Source of the DNA: Spirochaetia bacterium
GTDB taxonomy: Bacteria > Spirochaetota > Spirochaetia > UBA9216
DNA length: 64,000 nt
NCBI GenBank assembly: GCA_963675665.1
Contig: OY776510.1
Span: 2,080,001 to 2,144,000 of the forward strand
Direction of reading: 5' to 3'
Each line of letters starts with the position of its first letter. Positions within the stretch are counted from its first letter, which is position 1. Below, in pieces: positions 1-10,771 of the stretch. Under the pieces are notes generated by a model. It made no database searches. It was not told the DNA's origin and saw nothing but the letters and a program-made list of their open reading frames with translations. Position numbers and translations under genes: made by a program.

Positions 1-41
1 CTTCTGGGAGCCGAGGCAGTCGCCATCCGGTTCGGTATGTC

Positions 42-67
42 CAAGTATAAAAAAATTTTTATACTTG
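42..67. terminator. AT-rich perfect inverted repeat; possible terminator or operator downstream of the M24 peptidase
   Basis: CAAGTATAAAAA-AA-TTTTTATACTTG, 12-bp arms. Confidence 0.4.
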
Positions 68-117
68 TGTATAAAATCCGTCAATTCTTCGGGTACAGGT
101 ATAAGCATGGTTTTTCC

Positions 118-1302
118 TTATTTGATTGTTAATATTTCGTTTTGTCTTCCGGGGCCGGAGATCTTCAGGCGTTCGTTTTTAATATAAGCATTTATCTCGG
201 TGCGCATTCCAAAGGCTGCAGAATAAAGTCCCGGTTCTATTGAGAAACACGAACCTTCAAGAAGAGGTCTGTGGTCCGGAAATTCAACGGAGTCAAGGCC
301 TGCTCCGCTGCCGTGCACGTTTGTGTCTATTCCATGCCCGGTACGGTGTTTTATCAGTTTGCCGTATCCTCTGTCAATCATGACCTTCCTGGTTTCCCTG
401 TCTGCGTCAGCGCCTGTTACTGTCTTTTCCGCAGCAAGTTGTGAGTCTATGTAGTCGGCGCATCTGTCCCGGGCGTCTTTTACAGTCCTGAATACTTCCT
501 GAACGTCTTTCGGGACAGTTCTTCCTGAAAACCCGAGCCAGGAAATGTCGGCGAAAATGCTGCCGGGCTTATCAAATTTTGCCCACAGGTCAAGCTGGAT
601 CACAGAGTCGGGGGTGATCGGGTTATCGTGTTCTTCGGTAGCGTAATGAGGGTTTCCTGAATTAATGCCGCATGCCACAATTGGCATGTGTTCGGAAATC
701 ATTCCGCGTGTTTTAAATTCTTCAAGAATCCACTGCTGAACATCTCTTTCTTTTAGAACCCGATGTTCCGTTTTTTTGTCAAATTCACTGAAATGCTCTG
801 AGATCCTGTTCCAGACGATCCCGACTATCTCATAGAGTTGGGTTGATGCGGTTTCATGCGATTTTATTCCGGACTTATCTATAAGACCGCAAAGCCGCTG
901 AATTAATCCTGAAGAGCTGTGCAGATGAAAGCCTGTGTTCTGAAGCATCAATCCGGTTCCGTAATCCAGTGTCGAGATGGCAGTTAGCTCAGTTGAAAAC
1001 TGGGCGCCCCATTCAGGCCCGGTATTTTTTATCTGTTCAGATAGTAATTTGATCAGTTCACTGCGGCTGGTGTAAATTTCAAGTTTACCGGGAAGAGAAT
1101 CGAGCTGTACGGGTTCTACGGCATTACAGATTTTGACGGCTTGACCTTTTGCAGGAACCAGATAATACCATGGTCTCGAATTTATTCTTACAGGGGAAAG
1201 CCCCAGAATACGGTCGGAGAGAGGATCCCGGTGAAGAAAATTAAAAAAAAGCCACCCGTCGAGCTGTTCGCCCGCGATGGCTTTCTGAATGTCGGTAAGC
1301 AT
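118..1302 (-). CDS. M24 family metallopeptidase (Xaa-Pro aminopeptidase-like)
   Basis: Pita-bread metal ligands: NPHY, LDLW...ADIS, HRTGHGI, SIEPGLY, GMRTE. Confidence 0.9.
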   Translation of the reverse strand: MLTDIQKAIAGEQLDGWLFFNFLHRDPLSDRILGLSPVRINSRPWYYLVPAKGQAVKICNAVEPVQLDSLPGKLEIYTSRSELIKLLSEQIKNTGPEWGAQFSTELTAISTLDYGTGLMLQNTGFHLHSSSGLIQRLCGLIDKSGIKSHETASTQLYEIVGIVWNRISEHFSEFDKKTEHRVLKERDVQQWILEEFKTRGMISEHMPIVACGINSGNPHYATEEHDNPITPDSVIQLDLWAKFDKPGSIFADISWLGFSGRTVPKDVQEVFRTVKDARDRCADYIDSQLAAEKTVTGADADRETRKVMIDRGYGKLIKHRTGHGIDTNVHGSGAGLDSVEFPDHRPLLEGSCFSIEPGLYSAAFGMRTEINAYIKNERLKISGPGRQNEILTIK

Positions 1303-1319
1303 TATTGAAAGATTATCCG

Positions 1320-1721
1320 TTAAAGATTCAGCTCTATGGATTCTACTCCTTCAAATTTGTCTGAAATATCAATTGTAGAATCAATATCGCCCCAGCTTAA
1401 ATCGTATCTGTCCTTATGCAGGTAAAGGCGAATGTGATCAAATGCACCGTCTTTCCAGAAAATTGAAAAATACGGATATGCCTGCGAATCGCCGTAAATC
1501 AATTCTGCTTTTGATGAAGCTCCGCCGAACCATTCCATAGGAACATAGAATGTAGAATACTGCATTTTGCTGTTGCGGTACAGAATCTTGTATCCGTCTT
1601 CATGAGAATAAACCTTTGCAATAGACACGGTCCTGACGTAATATGGTGAATCTGATGCTTCAGCGAAAAGAGCACCCGCTGCAAACAGCAGAATCATGAA
1701 CACGAGTATGGTCTTTTTCAA
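1320..1721 (-). CDS. Secreted hypothetical protein
   Basis: TTG start with GGAGG RBS; signal peptide MKKTILVFMILLFAAGALFA. Confidence 0.8.
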   Translation of the reverse strand: MKKTILVFMILLFAAGALFAEASDSPYYVRTVSIAKVYSHEDGYKILYRNSKMQYSTFYVPMEWFGGASSKAELIYGDSQAYPYFSIFWKDGAFDHIRLYLHKDRYDLSWGDIDSTIDISDKFEGVESIELNL

Positions 1722-1915
1722 AGCGGTACCTCCTGAGTTACTTCAATTATATAGTCTTTAAACACTCTAAATCAAGTAGAAAAATAAATTCAGCACATGT
1801 TCATCTTTAAACATGTGAAAGTTCCCTGGTTCGGGTATGACGGTCTTTCGCCTTATATGCTTGAAATCCTTTGGCTTAACCCCTAAAATAAGCTATCTAA
1901 TCAGGGAGAAGCTGA

Positions 1916-2326
1916 ATGCGTGCTGCTGTTGTATATTTTTCTCAAAATAATAACAAAAATCTTGAAAATTTATCGAGGGCATTGGCGAAGGGCATCGGAA
2001 AACAGGGGTTTTTTGTTGATGTCTTTAATGCAAATGATCTTACAAGACGGCTTGTCGGTTATAAGCTGGTTGCCGTCGGTACTGAAGCTTCCGGCGGATT
2101 CGGCAGCAGAATACCCGAAGGGCTGGATAAATTCCTGGCAAGGATCGGTCCTTTTATTAATGTTCGATCGATGGCTTTTATCACAAATAAAGGTATACGG
2201 CATAACAAAAGCCTTCAGAAACTTATGAAAATCATGGAAGCAGAGGGTTTGTTTATTATATCTTCAGAAGTACTGGAAAATGAGAGCGCGGCAGAGGCGG
2301 TCGGAGAAAAACTAATAATAAAATAG
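1916..2326 (+). CDS. Flavodoxin-fold protein with degenerate FMN-binding loop
   Basis: AVVYFS...ALAKGI...VDVFN...LVAVGT pattern; SxTGNT loop not conserved; GGGAG RBS. Confidence 0.7.
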   Translation: MRAAVVYFSQNNNKNLENLSRALAKGIGKQGFFVDVFNANDLTRRLVGYKLVAVGTEASGGFGSRIPEGLDKFLARIGPFINVRSMAFITNKGIRHNKSLQKLMKIMEAEGLFIISSEVLENESAAEAVGEKLIIK

Positions 2327-2378
2327 GTTTAGGGTGTATTACATGCTGCTTTTAACGTCTTGGCCGCTGTCTCTCCTG

Positions 2379-2690
2379 TTATAATATATTCTGTTCCTCG
2401 ATACTTTTATAAATCTCTTTTTCAAAGGATTTCAATAAGCCTTCAATAACCCTTTTCCTTTTTTTCATGACTTCCTTGCTGTTCTGGTCGATAAAAAACT
2501 CAAAAATTTCGATTTCCAGTGATTCCGACAGTTTTTTAAGCATTTTTGAACTCGGAAACCGATTTTTTTGTTCGAGCTGACTTATATAATTCTTTGAGCT
2601 TCCGCATTTTTCTGAAAGCTTTTCCTGAGTGAGTCCTTTGCGTTCACGAAAAATCTTAATGTTTGCTGCAACAATATCTTCTATTTCCAT
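2379..2690 (-). CDS. XRE-family helix-turn-helix regulator
   Basis: NIKIFRERKGLTQEKLSEKCGSSKNYISQLEQKNRFPS HTH_3 signature; start placed at MEIED. Confidence 0.85.
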   Translation of the reverse strand: MEIEDIVAANIKIFRERKGLTQEKLSEKCGSSKNYISQLEQKNRFPSSKMLKKLSESLEIEIFEFFIDQNSKEVMKKRKRVIEGLLKSFEKEIYKSIEEQNIL

Positions 2691-2777
2691 AAAACTTATA
2701 TATATAATCTTCGTACAGAAGAATCGAGTTGACAACAGTCAGATAGTAATATTATAATTTATTTTATACTACTAATA

Positions 2778-4238
2778 GTGATACCTAATGTTTTTATAGA
2801 GAAATATATGCAGCAAATCATTCTTGAAAGATTGTTATATTCCACGTCTGACCCTGCCGCAGTAATAAATAATGAATATATGTTTATATTTGTCAATTCA
2901 GGCTATTGCGATTTTTTAAACAGAAAGAAACAGGAACTTATCGGAAGTACAGTCGAATCAATAATTACGCCTCAATATTTTAATGATTTCATAAAACCTC
3001 TTTTAAATAGATGTTCAGCGGGTTATGAAACCTGCCATGAAGCTGTACTGAATGATGACAGAGGATGTGAACATTGTTATAGAATTGACTTTTTTCCATA
3101 TTATGAAACTGAAGAAATGTTAAATGGCTATATTTCAATAGCTCATAAATTAAAAAACCTTGAAATCTATAATGAAAATGCAGGATTGCATATTAAAATG
3201 CTTGATAAAAGCGTAAATGCAATAATGCTTATTGATGATGACGGCATGATCATTTATGCGAATGAAAAAGGCTGGAACCTTATTAACAATAAAAGAGCTG
3301 CTGTTATTTCACATTCAATAAAAGACCTTGTGTTTCTTTTTCCTGAAGATATTCAGGAAAAAATTTTAAGCCGGGATTTTGATATTGAAGAAGCGTATGA
3401 CATCCATTTTCAAAAAAACAGTCAATTTTCAATATTTCTGGAAATAAAAATATCCTCTTTTTACTGGAATGGGAAAGTTTATTTTTACTTCAATGCCAGA
3501 GATATTTCGTATCGCAGAAAGATCGAAGAAAAACTTATTAATGCAAGAGCCTCTGAAGCTGTTGCCCTGGATGTTAAAGAGAGATTTCTTGCAAATATCA
3601 GTGATGAGCTTCGTAATCCTTTAAACGGGATTCTTGGAATGTTTCAATTAATAGATATAAACAGTCTTTCTGATAGCACTAAAACAATTTTGACAAATGC
3701 AATGCACTGCGCTGAAAAACTCTCAGCTGTAATGACGGATCTTATCTTTCTCTCAGAGATAGAAAAAGGCGTTTATCCTGTTCTTTTTGAAATTGACGAA
3801 TGTGTCGGATATATCAAGCGGTTTTTTAAGAATAAAACGGGAAAAAAGAATTTATCGCTGGAAATTAATAAAGAATACGACAGAATGTTTTTTTATAATG
3901 ACAAGATTAAGATTCTTCAGATTATAATACATCTTCTTTCAAATGCAATAAAATTTACAAAAGAAGGGTCAATCATTATTGATTTTTCCTGTACTGAAAA
4001 ATTAGTAATAAAAATCAGGGATGAAGCGCCCGGCATTCCCCGGAATTTGAAAGATAAAATATTTTACCCGTTTTTTCAGATTGAAAATCCATATAATAAG
4101 AACCACTCAGGAATAGGGATAGGATTATCCATAGTAAAAGAAATTCTTACCCTTTTAAGAGGAGAAATCTCTCTAACCTCTGGAAATGATTACGGGAATG
4201 AGTTTATTGTCATTATCCCTTCAGCTGATATTAACTGA
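2778..4238 (+). CDS. PAS-PAS histidine kinase-like protein lacking the phospho-accepting His (probable pseudokinase)
   Basis: Two PAS-like segments; H-box FLANISDELRNPL (D for H); N-box LLSNAIKFT; G1 DEAPG; G2 GIGIGLSIV; start may be ATG at 2808. Confidence 0.85.
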   Translation: MIPNVFIEKYMQQIILERLLYSTSDPAAVINNEYMFIFVNSGYCDFLNRKKQELIGSTVESIITPQYFNDFIKPLLNRCSAGYETCHEAVLNDDRGCEHCYRIDFFPYYETEEMLNGYISIAHKLKNLEIYNENAGLHIKMLDKSVNAIMLIDDDGMIIYANEKGWNLINNKRAAVISHSIKDLVFLFPEDIQEKILSRDFDIEEAYDIHFQKNSQFSIFLEIKISSFYWNGKVYFYFNARDISYRRKIEEKLINARASEAVALDVKERFLANISDELRNPLNGILGMFQLIDINSLSDSTKTILTNAMHCAEKLSAVMTDLIFLSEIEKGVYPVLFEIDECVGYIKRFFKNKTGKKNLSLEINKEYDRMFFYNDKIKILQIIIHLLSNAIKFTKEGSIIIDFSCTEKLVIKIRDEAPGIPRNLKDKIFYPFFQIENPYNKNHSGIGIGLSIVKEILTLLRGEISLTSGNDYGNEFIVIIPSADIN

Positions 4239-4268
4239 TTCTCAAGCGACGAAGCTCAGTTGTTAAAC

Positions 4269-4371
4269 AGTATGGAGTAAGCTTCTTCGTGCCGTTTAAC
4301 GGCCACTTGCAGCCGCTTATAAGCTGGTAAATCTTTTTAATTCTTAAAAAAGTATGGAGTAAGCTTCTTCG
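4269..4371. repeat. 21-bp direct repeat duplicating the lon 3' end
   Basis: AGTATGGAGTAAGCTTCTTCG at 4269-4289 and 4351-4371. Confidence 0.9.
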
Positions 4372-6683
4372 GCCGTTTTGACAAAGTGGAACTCAAGCGC
4401 GCCCTTGACTTCTTCGGGAAGTTCATCATAATCCTTGCGGTTGCCTTCCGGAATTATTACATCAGTCATCTTTGTGCGGTAGGCTGCAAGGGTTTTTTCT
4501 TTTAGGCCGCCGATGGGCAGAATGCGCCCGGTAAGCGTAACCTCGCCGGTCATCGCGAAAGATTTTCGGACGGGAACGTTTTTGAATATTGAAAGCAGGG
4601 CCGAAACGATTGTAATACCGGCGGACGGGCCGTCTTTGGGTATTGCGCCTTCCGGAACGTGAATGTGGATGCTTTTTTCATCGTAGAAATTCTTTTCAAG
4701 ACCGAATTTTTCGTAATTGGAGCGGATAAACGACAGTGCTGTGCGGGCGGATTCTTTCATAACGTCGCCCAGCTGGCCCGTCAGGATGAGTTCTCCCTTG
4801 CCTTCGATTAAGGCTGCTTCGACCGGAAGCAGGGTTCCGCCGAGTTCGGTCCACGCCATGCCGTGTACAAGACCGGGCCTTTGCTCGGCATAGACAAGGT
4901 CGTCCTGAAACAGTTCCTTTCCAAGCAGTTTTTTAAGGCTTTTTGCAGTAATAAGACGCCGGTACTCCGCATTGAGCTTTTCATTCTTTGTCAGCGCTTC
5001 ACGGGCGGTTTTTCTGAGGATTGATGCGATCTGGCGTTCCAGATTACGTACGCCCGATTCCATCGTGTAATTATGAATTATCTTCAGTACTGCTGACTTC
5101 CGGATATCAATCTTTGTTTCGGTAAGACCGTTTTCTTCTTTCTGTTTGGGAATGATAAAGTCAGCCGCAATCCGGGTTTTTTCAAGATCGGTATAACCCG
5201 GAATTTCGATTATCTCCATACGGTCCCGCAGCGGGTAGGGGATATTATGTATTGAGTTGGCTGTAGTAATAAACATTATGCCCGAAAGATCATAAGGTAC
5301 CTCAAGGTAGTGATCAATAAAGGTGGAGTTCTGTTCGGGGTCAAGGACTTCAAGCAGGGCGGATGCAGGATCGCCCTTGAAGTCGGAACTCATTTTGTCG
5401 ATTTCATCCAGCAGAAATACGGGGTTTGATGAGCCGGCTTTCTTGATTGACTGGATTATCTTGCCGGGAAGTGCTCCGACATAGGTTTTTCTGTGGCCCC
5501 GGATTTCCGCCTCGTCGCGAACGCCTCCGAGTGAAATGCGAACAAATTTACGATCAAGTGCGCGTGCGACCGACTTGCCGAGCGAGGTTTTTCCGGTTCC
5601 CGGAGGACCGATGAAGCAAAGTATCGGGCCTTTCATCTTTTCTTTGAGTTGACGTACAGCTATATAATCGAGAATCCGGTCTTTGGGTTTCCTCATATTG
5701 TAATGGTCTTCATCGAGGATTTCAGCCGCCCGGTTAAGATCCTTGTTGTCTTCGGTTTTGATTGCCCACGGAAGATCAGCAAGCCATTCGAGGTATGTAC
5801 GCAAAACCCCGGATTCAGGGCTCATCGGCTGAAGCTTGGACAGCCTGGCGCCTTCCTTTTTGGCCTTTTCGATAATTTCAGCCGGGGCCTGTTTTGCCTC
5901 GATGGTTTTAACATATTCATCAATTTCCTGGGCGTCGTCTTTTTCCCTGCCAAGTTCCCTGTTGATTTCCTTAATCTGTTCGTTAAGAAAGTATTCCTTC
6001 TGGTTTCTTTCCATCTTTTTACGGACACGGCTGTTGATGCTGCTTTGCAGATTGAGCATTTCGATTTCAGCTTCTATCAGTATGGCCAGCGCATCGAGCC
6101 TTTCTCCGGTATCGAGTATCGACAGTACTTCGAGTTTCAATTCTTTTTTTATCTGAAGATTTGCAAGCACCACATCGGTCAGCTTGTCGGGATATTCAGC
6201 TTTTTCCGCCGCTTTAATTGCGTCCTTTGAAATGCTTTTTTTCAGTGAGCAGTATTTTGAAAAGGATTTAAGGACGGCAGCCATAATCGGAACAAGTTTT
6301 TCATCAGTCTCGGTGTTTATTTTTATAGGGGTTAACTGTGCATAGGTATAATTGCGTTCAAGTTTCAGTTTTCGGACAACTGCCCGTTGTTTGCCTTCGA
6401 TAAGAACCCTGGCAGTGCCGTCCGGCAGCTTGAGGACCTGGAGAATGTGAGCTATGGTTCCGGTATGGTGAATATCTTCCATTGCCGGTTCTTCGGTGTC
6501 GCCAAGCTGGCATGAGATAAACACCATACGATCAGCAGCCATTGCAGCGTCGATGGCATTTATTGTACTTTCCCTTCCGGTAAAAAAGGGAGTAACCATA
6601 AACGGCAGTACAACAAGGTCTTTTAATGCGACAAGCGGGATTTCACGCTTGTCGTTTTTTATTCCGGAAGGCAATAATTTCAT
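4344..6683 (-). CDS. lon: ATP-dependent protease La
   Basis: LON N-domain, [24 protein letters not shown] catalytic Ser, GGLKEK Lys. Confidence 0.98.
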   Translation of the reverse strand: MKLLPSGIKNDKREIPLVALKDLVVLPFMVTPFFTGRESTINAIDAAMAADRMVFISCQLGDTEEPAMEDIHHTGTIAHILQVLKLPDGTARVLIEGKQRAVVRKLKLERNYTYAQLTPIKINTETDEKLVPIMAAVLKSFSKYCSLKKSISKDAIKAAEKAEYPDKLTDVVLANLQIKKELKLEVLSILDTGERLDALAILIEAEIEMLNLQSSINSRVRKKMERNQKEYFLNEQIKEINRELGREKDDAQEIDEYVKTIEAKQAPAEIIEKAKKEGARLSKLQPMSPESGVLRTYLEWLADLPWAIKTEDNKDLNRAAEILDEDHYNMRKPKDRILDYIAVRQLKEKMKGPILCFIGPPGTGKTSLGKSVARALDRKFVRISLGGVRDEAEIRGHRKTYVGALPGKIIQSIKKAGSSNPVFLLDEIDKMSSDFKGDPASALLEVLDPEQNSTFIDHYLEVPYDLSGIMFITTANSIHNIPYPLRDRMEIIEIPGYTDLEKTRIAADFIIPKQKEENGLTETKIDIRKSAVLKIIHNYTMESGVRNLERQIASILRKTAREALTKNEKLNAEYRRLITAKSLKKLLGKELFQDDLVYAEQRPGLVHGMAWTELGGTLLPVEAALIEGKGELILTGQLGDVMKESARTALSFIRSNYEKFGLEKNFYDEKSIHIHVPEGAIPKDGPSAGITIVSALLSIFKNVPVRKSFAMTGEVTLTGRILPIGGLKEKTLAAYRTKMTDVIIPEGNRKDYDELPEEVKGALEFHFVKTAEEAYSILF

Positions 6684-7921
6684 GCGGATTTTTTGGAAAA
6701 GATAATTTCTGGTTTTTCCTTATTGTTTACAACATCGGATGTGACCCGAATTTGTTTTTCGCCTTCAATAGAAGGCAAATCAAACATAATTTCCATCATT
6801 ATCGATTCAACGATCGATCTGAGGCCGCGGGCTCCGGTTTTTCTCTTTACCGCCAGTTTTGCTATCGCCTCAATTGCGGATTCTTCAAAAAGAAGCTCAA
6901 CTTCGTCCAGTTCAAGCAGCGCCTGATATTGCCGGATTATGGAATTCTTGGGTTCTGTAATTATCTTTTTAAGGCTGTCGACTTCGAGATTTGAAAGAGT
7001 TACATTGATGGGAAGTCTTCCGATAAATTCGGGTATCAGGCCGAATTTAATCAAATCGTCCGGAAGTAAATTCTCGTAAAGGCTTACAAGGTCTTTTTCA
7101 TCGCTCGGTTTTACATCGGCACCGAATCCCATGGGATGCTGTGATATCCGGGTCTCGATAACCTTGTCGAGACCGACGAACGCTCCTCCGCAGATGAACA
7201 GGATGTTCTTCGTGTCGATTTTAAGCATCTCCTGGTTCGGGTGCTTTCGGCCGCCCTGGGGAGGGACGGAAGCCTCTGTGCCCTCGATTATTTTAAGAAG
7301 GGCCTGCTGAACGCCTTCGCCTGAAACGTCGCGTGTAATTGATACGTTTTCACCCTTGCGGGAGATCTTGTCAATCTCGTCGATGTAAATGATGCCTTTT
7401 TCTGCAGCCGCAATATTATTTCCGGCATTCTGAATAAGTTTTAGAAGTATATTCTCAACGTCTTCACCTACATATCCGGCCTCGGTAAGGGTGGTTGCGT
7501 CCGCAATTGCAAACGGAACCTTCAGTTTCTGGGCAAGAGTTCTTGCAAGAAGAGTTTTGCCTGTACCTGTCGGGCCGATGAGCAGAACATTAGATTTTTC
7601 AAGTTCGACATCCTTGTCGATTTTAGTGTTCTGAGTGATTCGCTTATAATGGTTGTATACAGCCACCGAAAGAACTTTTTTGGCTGATTCCTGTCCTATA
7701 ATATACTGATCAAGGTAGCTTTTGATTTCCTGCGGTTTCGGGACCTCTTCGAGGTATTCTCCGGTCAGGATATCTTCTTCTTCCTCAAGTATCTTTTTAC
7801 AGACGTAAACACAGTCGTCGCAGATGTAAACGCCGGGGCCTGCTATAAGTTTGCGTGCAGCGTCGGCGCTTTTACCGCAGAAAGAGCAGACTTTGTTGTT
7901 ATCCGTTTTATTTCGTGCCAT
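6680..7921 (-). CDS. clpX: ATP-dependent Clp protease ATP-binding subunit ClpX
   Basis: CSFCGK...ICDDC zinc finger, [23 protein letters not shown] loop. Confidence 0.98.
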   Translation of the reverse strand: MARNKTDNNKVCSFCGKSADAARKLIAGPGVYICDDCVYVCKKILEEEEDILTGEYLEEVPKPQEIKSYLDQYIIGQESAKKVLSVAVYNHYKRITQNTKIDKDVELEKSNVLLIGPTGTGKTLLARTLAQKLKVPFAIADATTLTEAGYVGEDVENILLKLIQNAGNNIAAAEKGIIYIDEIDKISRKGENVSITRDVSGEGVQQALLKIIEGTEASVPPQGGRKHPNQEMLKIDTKNILFICGGAFVGLDKVIETRISQHPMGFGADVKPSDEKDLVSLYENLLPDDLIKFGLIPEFIGRLPINVTLSNLEVDSLKKIITEPKNSIIRQYQALLELDEVELLFEESAIEAIAKLAVKRKTGARGLRSIVESIMMEIMFDLPSIEGEKQIRVTSDVVNNKEKPEIIFSKKSA

Positions 7922-8519
7922 TTTCCCCTCTTGAAAGCACCTTGTCGACAATGCCGTAGTTTACAGCATCTTCTGACGACATGAAAAAATCGCGTTCCAG
8001 GTCGGCCGCTATCTGGTCGGTGCTTTTGCCTGTATGATGGGCAAAATAATCGATGGTCATTTTTTTCAGTCTGACAATTTCTTTTGCCTGTATTCCGATA
8101 TCCGTAGCCTGTCCCTGAACACCGCCCCATGGCTGGTGAATCATGACACGGGAGGACGGCAGGGCCAGTCGCTTTCCTGCTGTGCCGCATGTGAGCAGAA
8201 GCGCTCCCATTGAAGCTGCCTGCCCAAGGCAGATGGTCTGGACATCGGATTTAATATGCTGAATTGTATCGTAAATCGCAAGTCCGGCTGTAACTGATCC
8301 GCCGGGTGAATTTATATATATATTAATGTCGCGTTCGGGATCCTGTGATTCCAGAAAAAGAAGCTGAGCTACAACCAGGTCGGCAGTTAAATCGTTGATT
8401 TCTCCGTCGACAAAGATTATTCTGTCTTTCAACAGGCGTGAATAAATGTCGTAAGACCTTTCTCCCACGCCGGTCTGTTCAATTACAACTGGTACAAGAC
8501 TGTTCATTTTTTCGTTCAT
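7908..8519 (-). CDS. clpP: Clp protease proteolytic subunit
   Basis: [31 protein letters not shown]; start at MNEK chosen for its GGAG RBS. Confidence 0.98.
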   Translation of the reverse strand: MNEKMNSLVPVVIEQTGVGERSYDIYSRLLKDRIIFVDGEINDLTADLVVAQLLFLESQDPERDINIYINSPGGSVTAGLAIYDTIQHIKSDVQTICLGQAASMGALLLTCGTAGKRLALPSSRVMIHQPWGGVQGQATDIGIQAKEIVRLKKMTIDYFAHHTGKSTDQIAADLERDFFMSSEDAVNYGIVDKVLSRGENGTK

Positions 8520-8548
8520 GCTGGTATACTCCACTAACATTTCCTAAT

Positions 8549-9910
8549 TTACTGCTTATTTTGCATCAAGTCCAGATAATCTTTTTTTGCTCCCTCTTTG
8601 ATATCGGCACTATCCAGCAGTAAATCAAAAAGTTTTCTGCTGCTGATATCATTTCTGAGATAGAACAGCATGCCGTTCTGTTCAAAATAATTTTTGGCGT
8701 CTTCATAGCTCATTCCGGCTGTATCCGCCTGTTTTTTGAGTTCTTCGTCTACTTCTTCATCGCTTACTTCTATTTTTTCATCCTTGATTAACTGTTCTGT
8801 TATAAGGAATGATTTAACGCTTTTTTCCGCAGAAGGTTCCCATTCCTTCAGCATTTCGTCCTTTGTTCTGCCCTGCGCTTCTATAATCTGAAGAACCTGC
8901 TCTTCCGGCATTCTGGACTGGGAGACAAAGCTGTTCCATGATTGTTCCATTTCTGCCTGAACCATTGACGCCGGTACCTGAAAATCAGAGTTTTCAATAA
9001 TCTGATCCATAAGTTTCTGCTTATTACTTTCATTTATAAAGGTTTCAGCGCTTTCGGTAAGCCTTTCTTTGATTGAATCCTTGAGATCCTTAAGGGTTTT
9101 ATACTCATCACTGATATCCTGTGCGAGTTCATCGTCAAGTTCGGGCAGTTCTTTTACTTTTATGCTGTTCAGTTTTACCTTCAGGCTAATTTTTCTGCCG
9201 GCAAGACTCTTGTCGCTGTCGTCTTCAGCATATTCTTTCCCGATTGTTTTCTCTTCACCGGCGGCCATGCCTGTAATGTCATCGTCAAGTTTGTATATAT
9301 TGTACCCGGTCCCTATTGTGAATACAAAATCTTCACGTTTGGAATCTTCTATTTCGTTCCCGTCCGCATCAAGTTCGCAGTAATTAATATTTACGATATC
9401 ATCTTTTTCAGCGTTGCCTTTTGTTTTTTCCACTACAGTTGCATTCTGTTCCCTGAGAAGATCCAGTTCCCGGTCTACGTCCTTCTTGCCGATTTTACAT
9501 ACCGGAGCTTCAATCTTAAGACCCTTGTATTCACCGAGTTTTACATCGGGCATTGTGTCGTAGGTGACGGCAAAGGTAAAATCCTTGTCAAGCTCGATCA
9601 TAATTTCATTATCATCTTCCTGGAGCTCCGGTGTTGCATAGGGAAGCGGTTTTTTGTCCACATCTTCATATGCCTCTTTCAGGCCGTTCTCCATCAGATT
9701 CATGGTTGCTTCGCCCCTGATTGATTCTCCGAACTTCTGTTCGAGGATTTTTGCAGGAGCCTTTCCCTTTCTGAATCCCTTAATATGGGCTGATTTTGCG
9801 TATTTGTTAAGCAGGTCGTTGTATTCTTTGTTTACCGCATCTTTGCCTACAGTAACTGTCAGTTTCACAGATGAATTTTCCAGGTTTTCCATATTCTTGC
9901 TTACGATCAT
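8549..9910 (-). CDS. tig: Trigger factor
   Basis: GFRKGKAP ribosome-binding motif, ELPELDDELA; position upstream of clpPX. Confidence 0.97.
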   Translation of the reverse strand: MIVSKNMENLENSSVKLTVTVGKDAVNKEYNDLLNKYAKSAHIKGFRKGKAPAKILEQKFGESIRGEATMNLMENGLKEAYEDVDKKPLPYATPELQEDDNEIMIELDKDFTFAVTYDTMPDVKLGEYKGLKIEAPVCKIGKKDVDRELDLLREQNATVVEKTKGNAEKDDIVNINYCELDADGNEIEDSKREDFVFTIGTGYNIYKLDDDITGMAAGEEKTIGKEYAEDDSDKSLAGRKISLKVKLNSIKVKELPELDDELAQDISDEYKTLKDLKDSIKERLTESAETFINESNKQKLMDQIIENSDFQVPASMVQAEMEQSWNSFVSQSRMPEEQVLQIIEAQGRTKDEMLKEWEPSAEKSVKSFLITEQLIKDEKIEVSDEEVDEELKKQADTAGMSYEDAKNYFEQNGMLFYLRNDISSRKLFDLLLDSADIKEGAKKDYLDLMQNKQ

Positions 9911-9957
9911 AATATTCCTCGTTTATGTTTTCCGTTTGTTTCCAACGGTGGAATGCT

Positions 9958-9996
9958 AAAAAAAAGGCGATTAAGGAAGCACCCTAATCGCCTTTT
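9958..9996 (-). terminator. Intrinsic terminator after tRNA-Gly
   Basis: AAAAGGCGATTA/TAATCGCCTTTT stem with T-run on the minus strand. Confidence 0.75.
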
Positions 9997-10001
9997 AGTA
10001 G

Positions 10002-10073
10002 AGCGGGAGACGGGAATTGAACCCGCGACATCCACCTTGGCAAGGTGGAGCTCTACCGCTGAGCTACTCCCGC
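10002..10073 (-). tRNA. tRNA-Gly(GCC)
   Basis: GCGGGAGTAGCTCAGCGGTAGAGC...CT-GCC loop TTGCCAA...GGTTCAATTCC...CTCCCGCT cloverleaf. Confidence 0.97.
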
Positions 10074-10119
10074 TTGTTGTTTTCCGGCGCCCAAAAAGGC
10101 GCATATCCCACAAGAGATA

Positions 10120-10201
10120 TGCGAGAGAAGGGACTTGAACCCTTACGCCATAAGGCACCAGATCCTAAGTCTGGCGTGTCTGCCAATTTCACCACTCTCG
10201 C
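10120..10201 (-). tRNA. tRNA-Leu(TAG)
   Basis: Anticodon arm CCAGA-CTTAGGA-TCTGG, long variable arm, GGTTCAAGTCC. Confidence 0.97.
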
Positions 10202-10283
10202 AGTGTACCTGCGGAGAGTTTAACTTTCAGAAAGAAAATTAATCTCCCTGAAAGATAGCCACTTTCTTTCGAAGAGTGTCCGC

Positions 10284-10313
10284 ATTATATACGCTTTTTC
10301 GTTTCATGGTCAA
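10284..10313 (-). promoter_or_regulatory. sigma70 promoter for tRNA-Leu/Gly with GC-rich discriminator
   Basis: TTGACC-N18-TATAAT followed by GCGGAC on the minus strand. Confidence 0.65.
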
Positions 10314-10331
10314 TATATAACGAAAAAGTTT

Positions 10332-10404
10332 TGAGCCGTGTAGGGATCGAACCTACGACCCGCAGATTAAGAGTCTGCTGCTCTCCCAGCTGAGCTAACG
10401 GCCC
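10332..10404 (-). tRNA. tRNA-Lys(CTT)
   Basis: Anticodon arm GCAGA-CTCTTAA-TCTGC; GGTTCGATCCC T-arm. Confidence 0.97.
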
Positions 10405-10518
10405 ATAGTTATTCCAAAAAACAAAGGCTTCTGATAAAGCCTCTAAACAGCCCCCGAAAGGAGACTATCTAATGAAAGAACAAAGTTCTTTCAAATTAAA
10501 AATCTGCAAGATTTTTAA

Positions 10519-10592
<74 letters not shown>

Positions 10593-10622
10593 ACAGCTCC
10601 TGCCATACGTCAGGCGCCATAG

Positions 10623-10696
10623 GGTGGATAACGGGACTTGAACCCGCAACACCCAGAACCACAATCTGGTGCTCTACCGATTGAACTATATCCACC
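10623..10696 (-). tRNA. tRNA-His(GTG)
   Basis: Encoded G-1, anticodon arm CCAGA-TTGTGGT-TCTGG, C discriminator. Confidence 0.97.
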
Positions 10697-10771
10697 ATGA
10701 TGTGGATAGGAATATGCAATATTTTGGGTTTTTTGTCAAGCCGAAATAAATACGTAAGTTGTTATATTATT

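Noticed and set aside
1794-1817. CACATGTT-N8-AACATGTG inverted repeat between divergent genes
   Set aside because: Single occurrence with no assignable regulator; insufficient support
5649-6230. Long antisense ORFs (also 18949-19560, 33820-34500, 34816-35553, 39056-39730, 45715-46350)
   Set aside because: They lie opposite well-supported genes and have no recognisable motifs or RBS
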